A stretch of 64,000 nt of DNA, taken from positions 3,552,399-3,616,398 of the forward strand of contig MU053934.1 of NCBI GenBank assembly GCA_013239625.1, written 5' to 3'. Each line of letters opens with the position of its first letter. Position 1 is the first letter of the stretch. This stretch comes from Lama guanicoe. Its lineage: Eukaryota. The notes under the pieces were generated by a model. The model ran no database searches and was not told the origin of the DNA. It saw only the letters and a list, made by a program, of their open reading frames with translations. Positions 36,572 to 59,554 of this stretch are shown here, one piece after another. A program made the translations under genes and the position numbers.

Positions 36572-39500
36572 ACCTTGCCCACCTCCACTCTGCTGGGTGT
36601 CCGTCAGTCTGTCATTCCCCTTTCCCACAGGGCAGGACGCTACTAGGGGATGGGGCTAAAGCCAGGAGCCCTCTGAGGTGCAGTGGCTGAGCTGGGGACA
36701 CCCCTTGGCGGTAAAAATGGTTCAACCCAGCCAAGCGCAGGGCAGCCTCCAGACTCTGTCTCTGACCATAGCCAATCTAGCAGAAAGGAGGGTCGTCCCT
36801 CTGCCCATCCCTCCAACTCGGTCAGCATCTTGTAAGCCCTGTTTCGTCCATCACCCTTTACCAAGTCCCTTCTCCCTTTCAAGCCTTATCCTGAATAATA
36901 CTAGCAGATAAAATAAATGTAGCAAATATTTATTAAGTATTTTGCAGTGCTACATTCTTCAATCTAATTATCAAAACAGCTTTGCAAGGTAGGCATAATT
37001 AGTTCTACCTTACAGATGTAGACTTCGGGAACCAGAGAGGTTTAGTGATTTGTCACACAGCTAGCCTATGGCAGAGGTTGGATTCAAACCCACTGGAGTT
37101 TAAGTTTTTCTGCTCAGTAGAACCTACTTCTCTGGGGCCTCTGCTCTCAGTTCCCATGGTTTCCAGCGTTTTTCTTGGTTCTTCCTGATTCTGCATCAGC
37201 CCTCTTCCCCAACCCTGGAGCTCCCCCATGCCCGACTGGAGGCCCTGGTAGCCTCAGAGGGCTTCCAGCCCCCTTCCTTAGGAGAGTTTTGTTCAGGTAC
37301 TCAGGACAGTGGGTCCTGATGGGCTTCAAGAGGCCATCAAGTCCCTGGCTTAGGGGAGACACTGAGCCACACTCGGGCTGCAGCTGGCCCTTCAGCAGCC
37401 CTAACTACCCTGTGGTCCCCTCCCTACCTGTCCCTGCACACAGCTGGGGTAGGCTGTGGCTGTGAAACCTCCAAATTATCCAATAAATGAGTCTCGTTGG
37501 TTGTAGGGCCGCCCACTTCCCACCCTCCCTCCCTCCCCATATGTTGATAATGTTTAATAGCTTCTGGGCTGAGGCCTGAGACCTTTCCGCTTCCGTGTCT
37601 CCCCAGCACACCTCCTGGCTGCCAGGCACCCTGGGAAGGCCCTCCCTGACAGTAGGCAGCTGCTGAGGCCTCATCAACGCCTGCCACCTGCCACAGACCC
37701 AGGAGTCAGAATGGCAGGCAGCCTTCACGGGGGAGGCTGAGATCCAGCTGTGGGAGCAACTGCTACAGGGGCCCAGCACTGGGGCCGGACACATGTCCGG
37801 TGCTCTTTCTCCCACATCTCTGCCAAGTGCCCCTGGTTGACTCAGGCTGCAGCAGTGGGAGTGTTTCCTGGAGGGTAGGGGGTGTGATGCCGCCGGCTTC
37901 TGCAGCACCCAACATGGCCTCCTGTCTCCCTGTGGCCACCACTCACACCTCCCCTGGCTCACCCATGCCTGCCACTAACCCTGGCAGGCAAGGGATATTA
38001 CCTCCGTTTTCAGAAGTGAAAACTGAGGCTCAAGGCAGTGAGGCAGCTTGATCAGAGCCAAGTGGCAAATTCGAGGCAGAGCTTGGATCCTAACTGGGCC
38101 AGAGGGATGGCTCTCACGGCAGCCCGGGAGGCATTGGGAAAACATCTCAGAGTATCTGACAGTTTGCTACCAAACAATGGTGAGTGCTTGCGAACTAGAA
38201 ATAGAGAACAAAACCTCCCAGGGTTGACTTATGCTGTGGTTAGTTCAGCCACCCAGTGGGGCTGTTCCCCTCCACAGTCACCTCTGTGGGCATGGACAGG
38301 TGACTGACTGGAAACAGCCTCCATCTAGGATGGGCGGGAGACAGTCACCCAGCCAGGGAGTGGCAGAGCCAGAGTCTGAACCTGCATGAAACCCCAGGCC
38401 CAGGGAAGGGGTTGGTCGGTAGAAGCCCTCCACAGGGGCCTGACCGAGGGACAGTTGTACAGCCCAGGCCCCTGGCTGGACCCCGAGGCCTCCTGCTTCT
38501 GAAGCGGTCTCTCTGGCCCACTGGAACCAGATAAAGAAACCCAGACACTCCAACTAATGGAGGGCAGTGCAGCCTGGCCCAGAGCAGGCACACAGCAGAT
38601 ACATGAGGACGGAGATGCCAAGGAAGGAAAGACTTGACTCCCTCCTTCTTTCCTTTATCCCTCAAACATTCGAGTGCCGGCCCTAAGCGAGTCCTTGAGA
38701 GGAAATCAGAGTTGGCTTGAGCTAAACCTGATCCTTGCCTTCCAGGAGCTCTCAGTCTAGCTATAGCGTCAAATACCAACAGAAGAAAGGATGGCATTTG
38801 AAAGGGCCCTGAGGAGGAAACTCCTGCCTTCCTGAGCCATCCAAGCAGGAGTCCCAGAAGAAGTGATATTTAATATGCATTTTCCTGGAAAAAGGTGGAA
38901 GGACGGAGCTGCTAGACGGAGCAACAGCCTGTGCCAAGGCAGGTACAGGTAGGAGCAGTAAGTGGGCTTCTGCCGCTGAAGCAGGGCCGGGTGGGCCCTG
39001 GGGAGGCCGGGAGGGAGGGTGCAGTGAGATCACTGCTGGAGGGCAGGAACTTCATCCTTCAGGCAGGTATTTACGTTACTGAAGGTTTTGAGGAGGGGAG
39101 GGGCCCCATTAGCCCCTGGGATTGCTGTGTAGAGGTGGGGTTGGAGGTGCCCAATCCAGAGGCTGCTCTGTGAGCCCTCGGCCAGGAAAGCCACCACCCA
39201 GAGCCTGGCCTAGGGCTGAGAAATTATTTTTGCTGTGGATTTGGCAGGGAGATTGATGGGCTGCTGCTGGGCTTGGTCTTGGCCCCTGCGGCTTTTGGTC
39301 TGCTTCAGGGGGCTAATGAAAATGCTTAGAAGAGCAGATGGTTGTAATACTATGGTTAGGAGAGAACTGTGAGTCCCGTAGGGCCAGAGGAGGCAACAGG
39401 GGCCAGGACTGAATGAGCCCTGGCCGCTGCCCCCAAGGCCCAGGAGAATTCACCTGACCTGAGCCTCCTGCAACGTCTCCAGCCAGGCTTGGGGCAGCCT

Positions 39501-42500
39501 GGGGTTCCCAGGGAGAAGCCCCTCTTAGTTGAGGGGAGATTTGAATTCAGCAGCCCCCTCACCCTTTTGTTTGTTCAAACCTCTCAGGGATAGGCCTGTG
39601 GCATTCATGTTTGAGCACTTATCAAGTATAGGGTTCTCCTGCAGGAAAGACAGAGCACGGGGGATTGTGGGAGCTCAGAGGAGGGCCCTAAGCCAGCTTG
39701 GGGAAGCAGAGAAGACTTCCTGGAAGAGTTGATGCTCAAGCCAAGCCCTGAAGCGGGAGTTACTCAGGGCAGATGGGGAAGGGAGAGATGGGAAACACGT
39801 GCACAGGCCACCCGGAGTCCTCCCGCTGCAGGCAGGCACAGCGTGATGCACCCAGGGCCTGGAACCAGGTACAGGAGAGCCCCAGCAGGAAGGGAGGTGG
39901 GAGAGGTGGGGGCAGGGCAGCAGCAAAGGATTTGGTAAATCTTGTCTGAAACTGAGACTGTACCTTGACCTGATGGCAATGGGGAACCACTGAAAGGGTT
40001 TAAACAAAAGAGTGACCTGATCATATTTACTCTTTAGGGAACTCTTTCTGATTGCACGGCAGGCTTTTCCTGGGGAGGGAGAGCAGAATGAGACTCGGGG
40101 CAGGGAGACAGGAGGCTGGTGTGAGAATCCAGAGAAGTGAAGAGATCAAAGGCGTTGGCAGCACGTGGGGAGATGTGGACATACAGCACAACCACGTAGG
40201 GAGGGATCATGGAGGTGGAGAGAGCTGTCCTAGATGACACCCCAGACTTCTGGCTTGGGCTACTGGGGGTGGCAGTGGGGATGATGGGGAGAGAGGTTTG
40301 GGGTTGGCCCCTGGGGGAGGGAGATGTTGAGCTTGGTTGGAACATGTTGAGACCAGCAGCCTGGGGACATGGTGTGGGGTGTGTCCATGGGGCAGTGGTG
40401 TACTGGGCACCTGCTATGTTTAAGGCCTTGTGCTTGGCCCTGGAACATATGTCTCATCTGCTGTAGAGCTTGAAGATGGAGAAACTGAGGCTCAGAGGGA
40501 GTGAGTAACTGGCCCAAGATCACAGGGGTAGCCCAAAACAGAGCTGGAGTCTAAATCATGTTGGTCTGATTTCAGTTTCATGGAGGAGAGAGGCAGGTAG
40601 GAGTTTTTGGAAGGGCAGGGAGGAACTCGAATGTGCAAAGATGACCCCCCCCACCCCAGCCACCTGCACAAGCAACCCCTCTCCTGGCCTAAGGCTGACA
40701 GGAACAGCATCATTATCAACTTCACGGTGTGTACCTGGGGACAAAAATACCAATTAACCACCCCGAGGTTTCCTATTCATGAACATCAGCTCCTCAGCTC
40801 TGATCCAGGGCTCATTTGCAAATCTCCGGCTGGATCCAAGGTGGCATGAGGCCAGAGGGACAGGCTGTGCAGGGGTGGAATTGTTTCTGGCTTAAGAGAA
40901 CAAGACTGATTTATTGAGGCCTCTGCTTGGTGCCACCTTGTTTCAGAGGCCTGGGCTGTGAGGGGTGAGACTGAAGCAGGAGGAAGGATGGTCAGGAGGG
41001 TTGAGGGGCAAAGGTGCCAGCCTGGAGTACATAGGGATGCTCTGGACAGCTGTGGCACTGGCGAGAGGGCTGGGCTGGGCATCCAGTGGACCTGTAGGGT
41101 GAACTCAGAGAGGTGGCATAGTGCAGGGGTCAAGGCATGGACTATGAGCCACCCCGTCGGGTTTGAATTCTGGCTCCTGCACTTCGTGGCTCCAACCTCT
41201 GTTACCCAGCACCTGTAGAACTGAGCCATCTGAGCCACGTTCCCTCCCTGGCACACCGCCTCGGGCTGTTCACTGGCTGCTGCCAGCTCTAGGCAAGGAT
41301 TCAAGGACTCTCCCAGGCAGATCCCTGCCTCCATCAAAACCCTTACAGTCCAGCTGGGGAGGCCCGACTCACCCACCTCTGCCCACTGGGCGGGCTGACC
41401 GCCAAGTGCTTTGATAACATGTGCCATCATCCTTGGCTTCCAAAGCAGGAGGAAGTCACCAGGTTGGCATGGGCCAGTCAGCGACTACTCTGGCTCCTGG
41501 TATGGATCTTTGGGCAAGACTTCTTTGCTTCCCTGAGCCTATTTCCTCAACTGTGAAGTGAACTGATCCTATCTGTCTCCCTTCAGGCACTGAGGCCTTG
41601 CTGTTAGCTTGAGAGCCAGCATCAGGGGGTTTGGGCTGTAATTCACTTTGGGCCCTGTAGCTGCAGGGAGCCAGGGACTTTGTTGGGATTATCCAGGCAT
41701 CAGTCCAGCTTCCTGACCTCCTAACCTTGGCTTGGGCTCAGCACCTGAAACAGTGTGGGGAGCTGGTGGGGCTTCTCCCTAGAGCTGCTCTGGGTAAGGG
41801 TGCATCTGATCTCCAGGGGGGAGGTGACAGCCTGCCTCACCTGCTTTCTGTTGCTAAGACAAATCTTCAGACCTCAGGATCTCTGCAGTCTAGCCTCACC
41901 TCCCTCTCTGGCCAGCCCCTCTTGCTCTGGACCCAGCATTTTCCAAGCTGTCTCCTGGTCCCACAGCCAGCTTGTGCCTGTCCTCCACCCGCCAGGCCTG
42001 GTTCACACCACTCCTCCCACCCACCCAGCTCTCCAGCCGCTTGGAAGGCCTGTAATAGTCTGGGCAGCCACCAAGGATGAGCAAGAACCACTGCAGACCC
42101 AGCTCAGCCGCATCACCTCGTACTGTCCTTTCTCTCCCCCAGGTAACCAAGTGCGTGCCTGTCCACCAAGCACACTGTACCACGTGCTAGGCAAGGAAAG
42201 GGCTTGCCCCTCCCCACACCCAAGACTGCTCACGGGGACGGAGACGTTTATTAAGTAAGGAGCACTGGGGACTTGGTGCTTTGGGAACCTTGGCAGAGAA
42301 TACTGGGGTGGGCTGGGCCCTGTATTGCTATCTGACCTCAAGCAAGTTATTCTCTCTGAGCCTCAATCTTCTGCATCTATAAAATAGTGGGAGCAACAGT
42401 GCTGGCTCCCCTTTGACTGCAAACACTAAATCAAAGGGCTTAGATAAAGGGCCTGCTGGCACATAGTAGGAGCTCAACAAAGGTCACTGCCCTCAGTTTT

Positions 42501-43568
42501 AGGAAACTCTGCTTCTGAGAAAGTTCTCATTTTAGGTGTGATAGAAACAGCATGAGCTGTGGGAGTGGATCCAGGCTTCAGCCCAGCCGCCTGGTTAGAT
42601 CACGCTGGGAAAACTGCATTTTCTCACCTACCCAAGGCAGCAGCAAGGCCAGTTATCTCACAGGATGGTTTAGTAACTTGTGAATATTCTTCTCCAGGCA
42701 TTACCACCGTCTGCCATGGGCAATGGCAGAGATTTTGTTTTTTTTCACTCCCTGCTATATTCCCACCTGGAACACTGCCAAGCTCAGAGCAAGTGCCCGA
42801 TAGGTATTTCAAACATGAATGAATAAAGCAAAGGACCCTGCCTAGAAGGTGAAATCAATCAACGTGGATCTCTTCTTCCTGCCACCCACGCCCCCCTCCC
42901 TGCTTCCCCCAGCAAACTGGTCTGTGTGGGCAACCTCTGTGGAGTCCTCCATCCTGCCCCTGGCCCAGCCCAGCCTGCTCAGTGCCCACCTGTGTATTTT
43001 CTGACTCACCCTAATGTCTGAGGCTGACTTTTAACTGGCTAGCTCTTCAGACAGATTTGGGGTTGCAAGAAAAATCTTGGCTGGAAATGGGGCAAGGGTG
43101 ATTGGCTGGCTGCCTGGCTGTCCAGCAAGTGTCTGATGACTAGCCCCTAAGCTACCTTCATCTGTCAAGCCCTTTGTTCACTGTCTATATGGCCAGGGAG
43201 GAGGCTGACCTTAGCTCCCTTGCTTGCCCCAATGGCCCTTCTCCTGGTTACATGGCTATAGGGCCAGGAATAGGGGATCCTCTACAGGGATGGAGGATGC
43301 TGCGGGGATGTGCCCCGCTTTCCAAGTGGGGGTGGTTTGGTCCAGGCCAAGGACTTGTTAGGAGTTAGCCAGTGAGTCTGTGGTAGGCTGTCTTGCAGAC
43401 ACATGCAGTAATCTCAGGGCAATTTCAGAGTCCCAGCATGCCCCACCCCCTCAGCTCTCCCAATAGAAAGCAGCCTGCTCTAGCTGATAACAGGTCCCAG
43501 AAATGCCCAGAAGGTCCCCAGGATGCCCTGGGAAGGCCCCTCACCTATCTGCTCCTAAAGTTCTGCAG

Positions 43569-43743
43569 CAGAGATCCTAACCTCTTCTGAGTATGAACTC
43601 TGCTGAGAATAAAAGCTATAAACCCTTTTATCAGAAACACACATGCACACTCCCCACACAAAACCTTGCATCATTTCAGAGGGTTCATACCTCTCTAAGG
43701 GCCCAATAATTGAACCCCGTAGACCTGAGACTGAGAAACCTTG
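43569..43743 (+). mobile_element. MER117-like hAT MITE
   Basis: CAGAGATCCTAACCT...GAGAATAAAAGCTATAAACCC...ACACACATGCAC...TTTCAGAGGGTTCA...GAGAAACCTTG. Confidence 0.6.
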
Positions 43744-44637
43744 CTTCAGCCCTCTCTCAGGTGATCAGCCCCAGGGGTGTGATGGGGGAGGCCCAGAAAA
43801 GCAAGTCCCAAGAGAAGGGGCTCAGCGAGTTTGAGGTCCAGTCCCCCCCACCCCCGTTTCTCGGCTGCCCCGGACTCTTCTCTGCTCAGCCCCAATGCTG
43901 GGGCCATGGGCCAAGGGGGCTGTGTCCGGGCACAGGGGCAGAGCCCCCAGAATCTAACGTGCCCTGGGCCTGAGTGGGCAGGCTCACCTGAGGGCGAAAA
44001 TCTCATGGACAGGAAGGGAGAAAAGCTGCCCAACCCACCCACTTGTGCCACTGGCTCCTCACCCGACTCTGGCCCACAGCCAGCCAGCAGCCACTGCAGC
44101 AACTGCTTGAGTTCCATGGAAATACTTTACCACTTCCTCTGCCCTCTTCTTTCCCCAGTCTTGGGGCGCTGATCTTCCTTAACCCTGGGGGCCTGGAGGG
44201 GCTTTCAGCTTCCCCTCTCACAGGGGCCTGGAGGCAGCCCTGGGCCTGTATCTCACACCCACAGAGAGACCCTTTTTTCTTTAGGGTTGGGAAACAGCTG
44301 GGTCTCACAAGTTCAATTCAGATCTGATCAAGCTGGGATCTGGAGGACAAGGCCCCCTCCTCTGAAAAGTAGCCAGGATTCCAATCTGGTGAGAAGGAAA
44401 GTGGGGCAGAGCCAGAAACGGACAGACTGATAATCTAGAAAGTCTGTCTTCACTCTGTAGTCAAATGCCTCGTTGGAGAGGCGAGGACCACAGGCCTTCC
44501 TTTCACGCTTCCTGTTGCAGCAGGCCCTGCCAGAGGGGCGCTGCCTTTTGTGTGTCCAAGCCCCATGGGGAATGTCTGCACTTGGGAGGGGGAAGAGTGG
44601 GGGCCTCCTCTGCAGTGAGTTTTCAAACCTTCACTAA

Positions 44638-45083
44638 CGTATGAGTTTCCTGTTGCTACTGCAACAAATTACCACAAACGTAGAGGCTTAAAACCACGCA
44701 TATTTATTCTCTTACGGTTCCGGCAGTCAGAATCTAAAATCTGTCTCACTGGGCTAAAGTCAAGGTGTCAGCAGGCTGGTTCCTTCTGGAAGTTCTGAGA
44801 ATCCATTTCCTTGCCTTTTCTAGCTTCCGGAGGCCGCCTGCATTCCTTGGCTTGTGACCCTTCCCCGCATTACTCCAACTTCTTGCTTCTGTCACCGTTA
44901 TCTCCTGCTTCCCTCTAATAAAGGTCTTGTGATTACACCAGGCCCGCCTACATAATCCAGGATGATCACCTTGTCCAAAGACCCTTCATGACACCTGCAA
45001 AATCCCTTGTCATATAAGGTACTGTTCACAGGTTCCTGGATTAGAACATGGCCATCTTGGGGGCCACTCCTCAGCCTACTACA
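44638..45083 (-). mobile_element. MLT1C/D-like solo LTR in the same orientation as ANKRD54
   Basis: GTATGAGTTTCCTGTTGCT...CAAATTACCACAAAC...GGCTTAAAAC...TTTATTCTCTTACGGTTC...GGGCTAAAGTCAAGGTGTCAGCAGG...ATAATCCAGGATG...CAGCCTACTACA. Confidence 0.85.
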
Positions 45084-45692
45084 ACAAGGCCGCGGAATGG
45101 CTACGCCCTCCTGCTGTTTTCAGTGATCGGGAGAGAAAGGGCTGGGGATTTTCTGCTTTGGGTTCAGCCGGGTCCTTCCTAACCTTGTATTTCTAAGGTC
45201 TAGGCTTCACCAACTCTCCCCTTCCAATCGGAGAAACTCACTGCCATGCTGCCTCGAAAGTCAGGTGACAAGTCTAGACCTAAGTGCTGGTGAGGGGTGC
45301 AGAGCCAGCCAAGAAGCCCCCGAGGCCAGAGGGTGCCTGCTCTGAGCCCCACCCTCCTGGCTGCAACAAGCCCATGGCTGGGAAGGGACCCACAGAAGGC
45401 TCTGGGGCCTTCTGAGGGCACCAGGGCGGCCGTGGGACAAGTGAGGCCTGCGAGGACAGCACATGTTGGCCAGAGCTGAGGTGTGGCTGCAGTGCTGTGG
45501 GAGCCAAAGAAGCTGGGGGCTGTGGTCCCAGCCCGCAGAGATGCTAGAGACCATGGCTGGGAGCGGCTCTGAGTTTGGTGAGTGAGCATCTCTGCCTCAC
45601 AGCAGCAGAGGTGAGGGCCGCAGCAGACAAAGTCCCAGGCATCGGGCTTTTTTTTTTTTTTTTTAGCAGCAGGAAGGCGGGGGCCTCTCTTG

Positions 45693-54553
<8,861 letters not shown>

Positions 54554-56311
54554 CAACAAAGGAAAGTGAAGGCACCAAACGAAAGGGATAGAGAGGTAAG
54601 AAAAATTTTAAATCAATGAACGTAAAAAGAAAGAACTTTCCACAAATGCGTAATGTAAGTAGGAAAGTAAGAATATGTTAAAATGTGGGGCTAGCACCAC
54701 GAACTGTAGAGTAGTAACTTCAAAATGCGATAGATCCCTTTAGCTCTCTCAGTAACCCTGGAGTTGATCATTGATTTACAAAGAATTATATAATTAAGCA
54801 TAGTAACACCAGAGTGACACTTTAGTCGGAGAGCCAGTCACTGAGCCAGTTAATTCTCTATGTTAGGTCCTAGACACAGGATCAGACTTGGTGCCCCCTG
54901 AGACGCTCACAGTCAGGTAGAGGTCAGCCGGAAACAGGGAGGTATTCGGCAGCTAACGATGAGCTTAGCAACCCCTCACGGTGCAGTCTTTTGTAAGAAT
55001 CTTCACAACCCTGTATACCACAAAAACTTATATAGAGTGAGCAAGGAGGACCATCCCTATTTTATAGACGAGGGGCTGAAACCAGAGAGATAAGGCTTGT
55101 TCATGGATACCTAGCTCTTTTGAGTGGAAGGCTGTGTCCAGGCAAAAGTTCTTTCCTGTTATTCAACTCAGTGAAACTGTAATCTTTGATAGTTGAAAAG
55201 CACTTTTAGATTTTGCAGTTCTCTCAGAACACCACTGTAAGGTTTATCATTTGATTTATGGAGAAAAATGGTGTTTATTTGAACTCTCCTCCTCTGCCCC
55301 ATGCCCAAGAAGGACATATGCCAAATCCACTTGTAGCTAGAAGTAAACAGAGGGAAGAAATGAACACTGAGCGTGTACCATTTACCAAATGCTTGATATA
55401 TATTATCATTGTCATATTTCCTTTAATTCTCCTTCACAAGAGCCTTAGCAGGTAGATATTATTATACCCACTTTGCAGATTAGGAAATTGTAGTCATGAG
55501 ATATTATATAAATTGTCAGTGGTACAGGACTAGAAAGTTGAAGAACTGGAATTTGAACCCAGAAAAGGCCTCTCTTCATCACACTGCTCTCTTTAAGGAA
55601 AAGCCTACTGGAACCTGCCTCCAGAGAATTTAAGTGACATCTGGGTATTTATACCTCACTCCTGATGAATGTACCCTGAAGTAACTTTATTATTCATATC
55701 TCCCCTTTTCCCATGTAATAACCTCCAAAATAGTCTTCATCCCTCCAGCCTCTTTGTAGAATCCAAGGTGTCCTTGCTGCCTAAAACACAATCCTCTACA
55801 AATCTCTAGGATCTGCCTGTTAAAGTCCACATCTTTTATCCTAGCAATCAAGACCCTTGATGATTTTGGCCCAATTATCTTTATAACCAGTGTCTTCCTC
55901 CTACCACTGGGTCTGGTCCTCAAGCCATCTGGTCTACTAAGATGTTTGCATTGTCAAAAATCTTTTAATTTGAACAGGATCCCTGAACATCTAGAGGTGG
56001 CTGTTACTTCTAATTTTTCAATCAACTTTGTTGAAGTATGAATTACATAGTCCAACCCTCTGTGTGTTGCAAGAACCTATTGTTATCTTGGAAGAATAGG
56101 GTGTGGGTTGAATGTGGACCCAGTTAGCCTCAAGGGTTTTAGACTGGAACTTGGATCTATGAAGTTGTATTTCCTTCATTAACGATTAAATAAGCTTACT
56201 CTTTATTGATACGAGAATTATGCTTTTACCCTTTTAGTAGAATTTTTTGTCTATTGTGTAAGTTCCAAAAAATTTTGGTTAGTTATTTGTTGTTAATTTT
56301 ACCTATAATTT

Positions 56312-56477
56312 AAAAAATTATTTTATTTCATTTTAAATTTACTTATTTTAATTTTTGAGGAGGAGGGAGGTAATTAGATTTATCTATTTATTTACTTTTA
56401 AAGGAGGTACTGAGGATCGAACCCAGGACTTCCTGCATGCTAAGCACATGCTCTACCACTGAGCTATTCCATCCCCC
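56312..56477 (-). mobile_element. tRNA-derived SINE (vic-1-like)
   Basis: Minus strand GGGGGATGGAATAGCTCAGTGGTAGAGCATGTGCTTAGCATGCAGGAAGTCCTGGGTTCGATCC with an AT-rich tail; similar flanking direct repeats. Confidence 0.88.
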
Positions 56478-57399
56478 TAATTATACCAATAATTTTTAAA
56501 TCAAATTTATCGCGGTATCAAGTATTTACAGTAAAATTCCCACATTTTAAGTGAACAAGGCCGATGATTTTTGATAAATATATACACTCAGGTGACCACC
56601 ACCCCCATCAAGATATGTAGCATGGCAATTACAATTTTAGCAATCTGAGAATTGATCTTTTAGACTGCAGAGAGAGGGCCTTGTGTTTTCAGAAAAGTAA
56701 GTGAATATTTATTTGTAGGCAAGAACAATAGTCTTCAATGTTCACGGTGAAAGAAGGCTACAGTTCAACATATATTCAGGAAATAGCCTGCCACTGCAAT
56801 GTTTTTTTCTGTCTAGCGGACTGCTATACCAGATGATCCCTAAAGACACTTCTAGTTCTGATTTGTAAAGACTAAGCTACTGGTCTCTCAAGGCCCATGT
56901 ACTACTGCAGCAAAGGGTGGTGGGCAGGGGCTTCTGAGATCATCTTAGGAGAGTGAAACAAGCAGGACAGTAAGTGAACTACAGACTCAAGATTCTTGGG
57001 AAGGTGAGGTGTTTGAAATAAGTAACAGCTGAAGAACACAGGACAACTATCAAATGTAACTTAGGGCTTCTGTGAGTCAGAATTTACTGCCTCAAATCCC
57101 AAGCAAAAGAAGATCAAGAGAAATAGGGTAGCTTTTCAGCTGCCAAACCCTCTCAGCAACTCTCCCAGGTAAAATTATTCCAGGAGCTTTGTTCTGCCCA
57201 GTTTCTTTCCCTTTGAAGTACTGCTTTTCCATTAACAAGGGAGCCTTGCAAAATCACCCTGTGATCGGACATGTCATAGTCTATAATGTGGGTCCATCTG
57301 CTTTCAAGTCGAAGTTGTATCTCTAAGCAGACTTAATGTGCTGTCAAGCAAGGTCCTAAGTTCCCATTCAAATGCAATTCTACAAATAGGGAAACTTGG

Positions 57400-57960
57400 A
57401 AGCAGGGACTGTGAGGAAGCTACTACAATACAAATGAGATGATAGTGGCCAGGACTAGCATCATAGAGGCCAGGTGGTGAGAACTGAGTCTGGGAATATT
57501 TTGAAGGTAGAGCCAACCAAATGGAGATGCATTCACTGTGTGGTGTGAGAAAGACGTAAGTCAAGTGTGGTTCTGAGGATTTGGGCAGAAAGAATGAAGT
57601 TGCCTTTAACTAAGATGGGGAGAACAGGAGAGGAATGAGGTTGAAGCAGAAAATCAGAAGCTTGGTTTGTAAGTGTTAAGTTTGAGGTGACTTTTAGACA
57701 TCCAGGTACTTACATGGGCTATGAGTCCACCTCAGGGGTGGGGTGTGGGATGGAGATTAAAGTGTGGGAAGACAACAGCATATGGAGGGTACTTAAATCT
57801 ACTGGACTGGATAAGCCACGCAGGGAGGGAAGGTAAACAGAGAAGAGACCCAAGGACCAAGCCCAGGGAGGAAGGCCAGTCCACTATTTCATGATGGGAG
57901 AGATGAGGAGGAATCAACAAAGGAACGCAAAAAAGAGTAGCCAGTGAGGAAGGTCCTTCC
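57400..57960 (-). mobile_element. L2 LINE fragment
   Basis: ATATTTTGAAGGTAGAGCCAAC...AACTAAGATGGGGAG...GTTAAGTTTGAGGTG...TTAGACATCCA...GGACTGGAT. Confidence 0.7.
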
Positions 57961-58057
57961 ACAACACTTACTATTCTCTATGTAATGCTATGTAGAGTAT
58001 ACATTCTGGAAGAGATGGGAAGTCCTAAATAAATAAATATGTTAGATGGTTACAAAC

Positions 58058-58900
58058 AAGGGATCCACATTTCTGGTGAGTGAAGCTTACTTGAAGAATA
58101 AAGAACAGAAAATTACAAAACCAAACTACGAAGGAAGGAGAATATTTATCTAGAACAAGAAATCACAACATAAACTGTGGGAGAAATCTTGCAATTACAA
58201 ACTGCAATTTGTATTTTTAAAAAGATGACAACATAAACATCACAAAATCCAGAAAGAAATGAATTTAATTTTCTTGAACACCTCCATAATATTTTTTCTT
58301 TTTAAGGCTGGATAAGCTTTGATTGCCTCTTTATATAACAACAATTTTGTGTCATTTTTCATAATGGGAATGGAAGGTAATTTAGTCTTTCCTCTAGCCT
58401 GTTCAAAAATTTTTTAAATTATTGATGATGTAGAAAATTTCCGACTTCGCAATTCTTTTTTAGTAATGTCATTAACATTTTGAGAGTTGTCAAGGTTGAG
58501 GGTTGATTTGTCAACCTGTGTCAAATTTTTGTCATATATTAACTGTAAGATTTCAGGTAATTTCAAGCTATCTAGTGCTCTGATTAACCTTAAATACTCT
58601 TTTCATTGAGGACACTCATTGATCACAGAAGGTGGTTGGTATATTCTACACACGGAAAACTATCACATAAACATATCCTACAAAACTCAAATGTTGCCAA
58701 CTGGATTTTCTTTAACTGAATCCCAAAGGCCACTAGACATACGGGGAAGTCTGACAGAGGAGAAATCGGAGTAGAGAGAGGTTCTAAGCGATTGCAATAC
58801 AAAATATTACTTCTGCACATTTTACAAAAATATATGACCATCTAAGCACGTTGCCAGGTACCCTCCTTGAGCTGAGAGTCCCGGGGACTCCAGGCGCCCT
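58058..58900 (+). mobile_element. hAT-Tip100 family DNA transposon remnant (Arthur1/Zaphod-like)
   Basis: GGATCCAC...TGAAGCTTA...AAATCACAACA...AACATCACAAAATCCAGAAA...TTTACAAAAATATATGACCAT. Family from recall. Confidence 0.55.
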
Positions 58901-59554
58901 AAAACGTAAAGCAAAAACGCGGCACAAGGAGACAGAGCGAGGCGTTGCCGTTGTAAATGTTTAAGCTAAGGCCCTTGACCGACATACCGGTTTAGGTTGG
59001 TCTGTTTTATAACCCCATCCCTAATTTTAAGGCTTCCCCAGGAGTCGAATCCACGGTACTGCCTGATTCCAACTACCACCCACAGCGTGATAGCTCAGTG
59101 TAAGTGTGGGTGGGTCCCACCACTACTTCCTCACACCACAGCTGTCTTCATCTTTGCCTGCTCCAAACTTTATAGCCAAAATTAAGGGGCGCCTTTTTCC
59201 AAAGCCCTCTTACTGCATTGGACCAAGTCTCAACTTTTTACACCCAGTAAGTTTAGACTTTTGAGGCCGGAACGTTTGAAGACGTTATTCGCTGCAGGCA
59301 AACCGCTTACACCTCAATCCATGATCAGGCCCCCAGTATCCGAATTTTCCTTCACACGAGTGGTCGGCCCGAGGACGCTGTCAGCCATCTTCTGTGTGGT
59401 ATTCTATTTTTGTCTTACTTTGCCTATCCTTTATTACGCCGAAACATTTCATGTCCTTATTTCACAGTTTTTGCAAGTACTATAGAGTCACCTTCCTTTG
59501 TGGGGCCTCTATTTGAAGAAAGAAGAGTAACGTTGCCATCTGTCGCTTTCGCCC

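Noticed and set aside
35669..36690. Long antisense and alternate-frame ORFs over GALR3 exon 2 (319 and 207 aa), and similar ORFs over H1-0 and ANKRD54 exon 1
   Set aside because: Shadow ORFs from very high GC content and codon bias.
44525..44545. Possible CTCF site CTGCCAGAGGGGCGCTG
   Set aside because: Spacing is off by one base from the consensus; too weak to call by eye.
58058..58900. MIR659 orthologue expected upstream of EIF3L
   Set aside because: A transposon remnant is present, but I could not find the hairpin.
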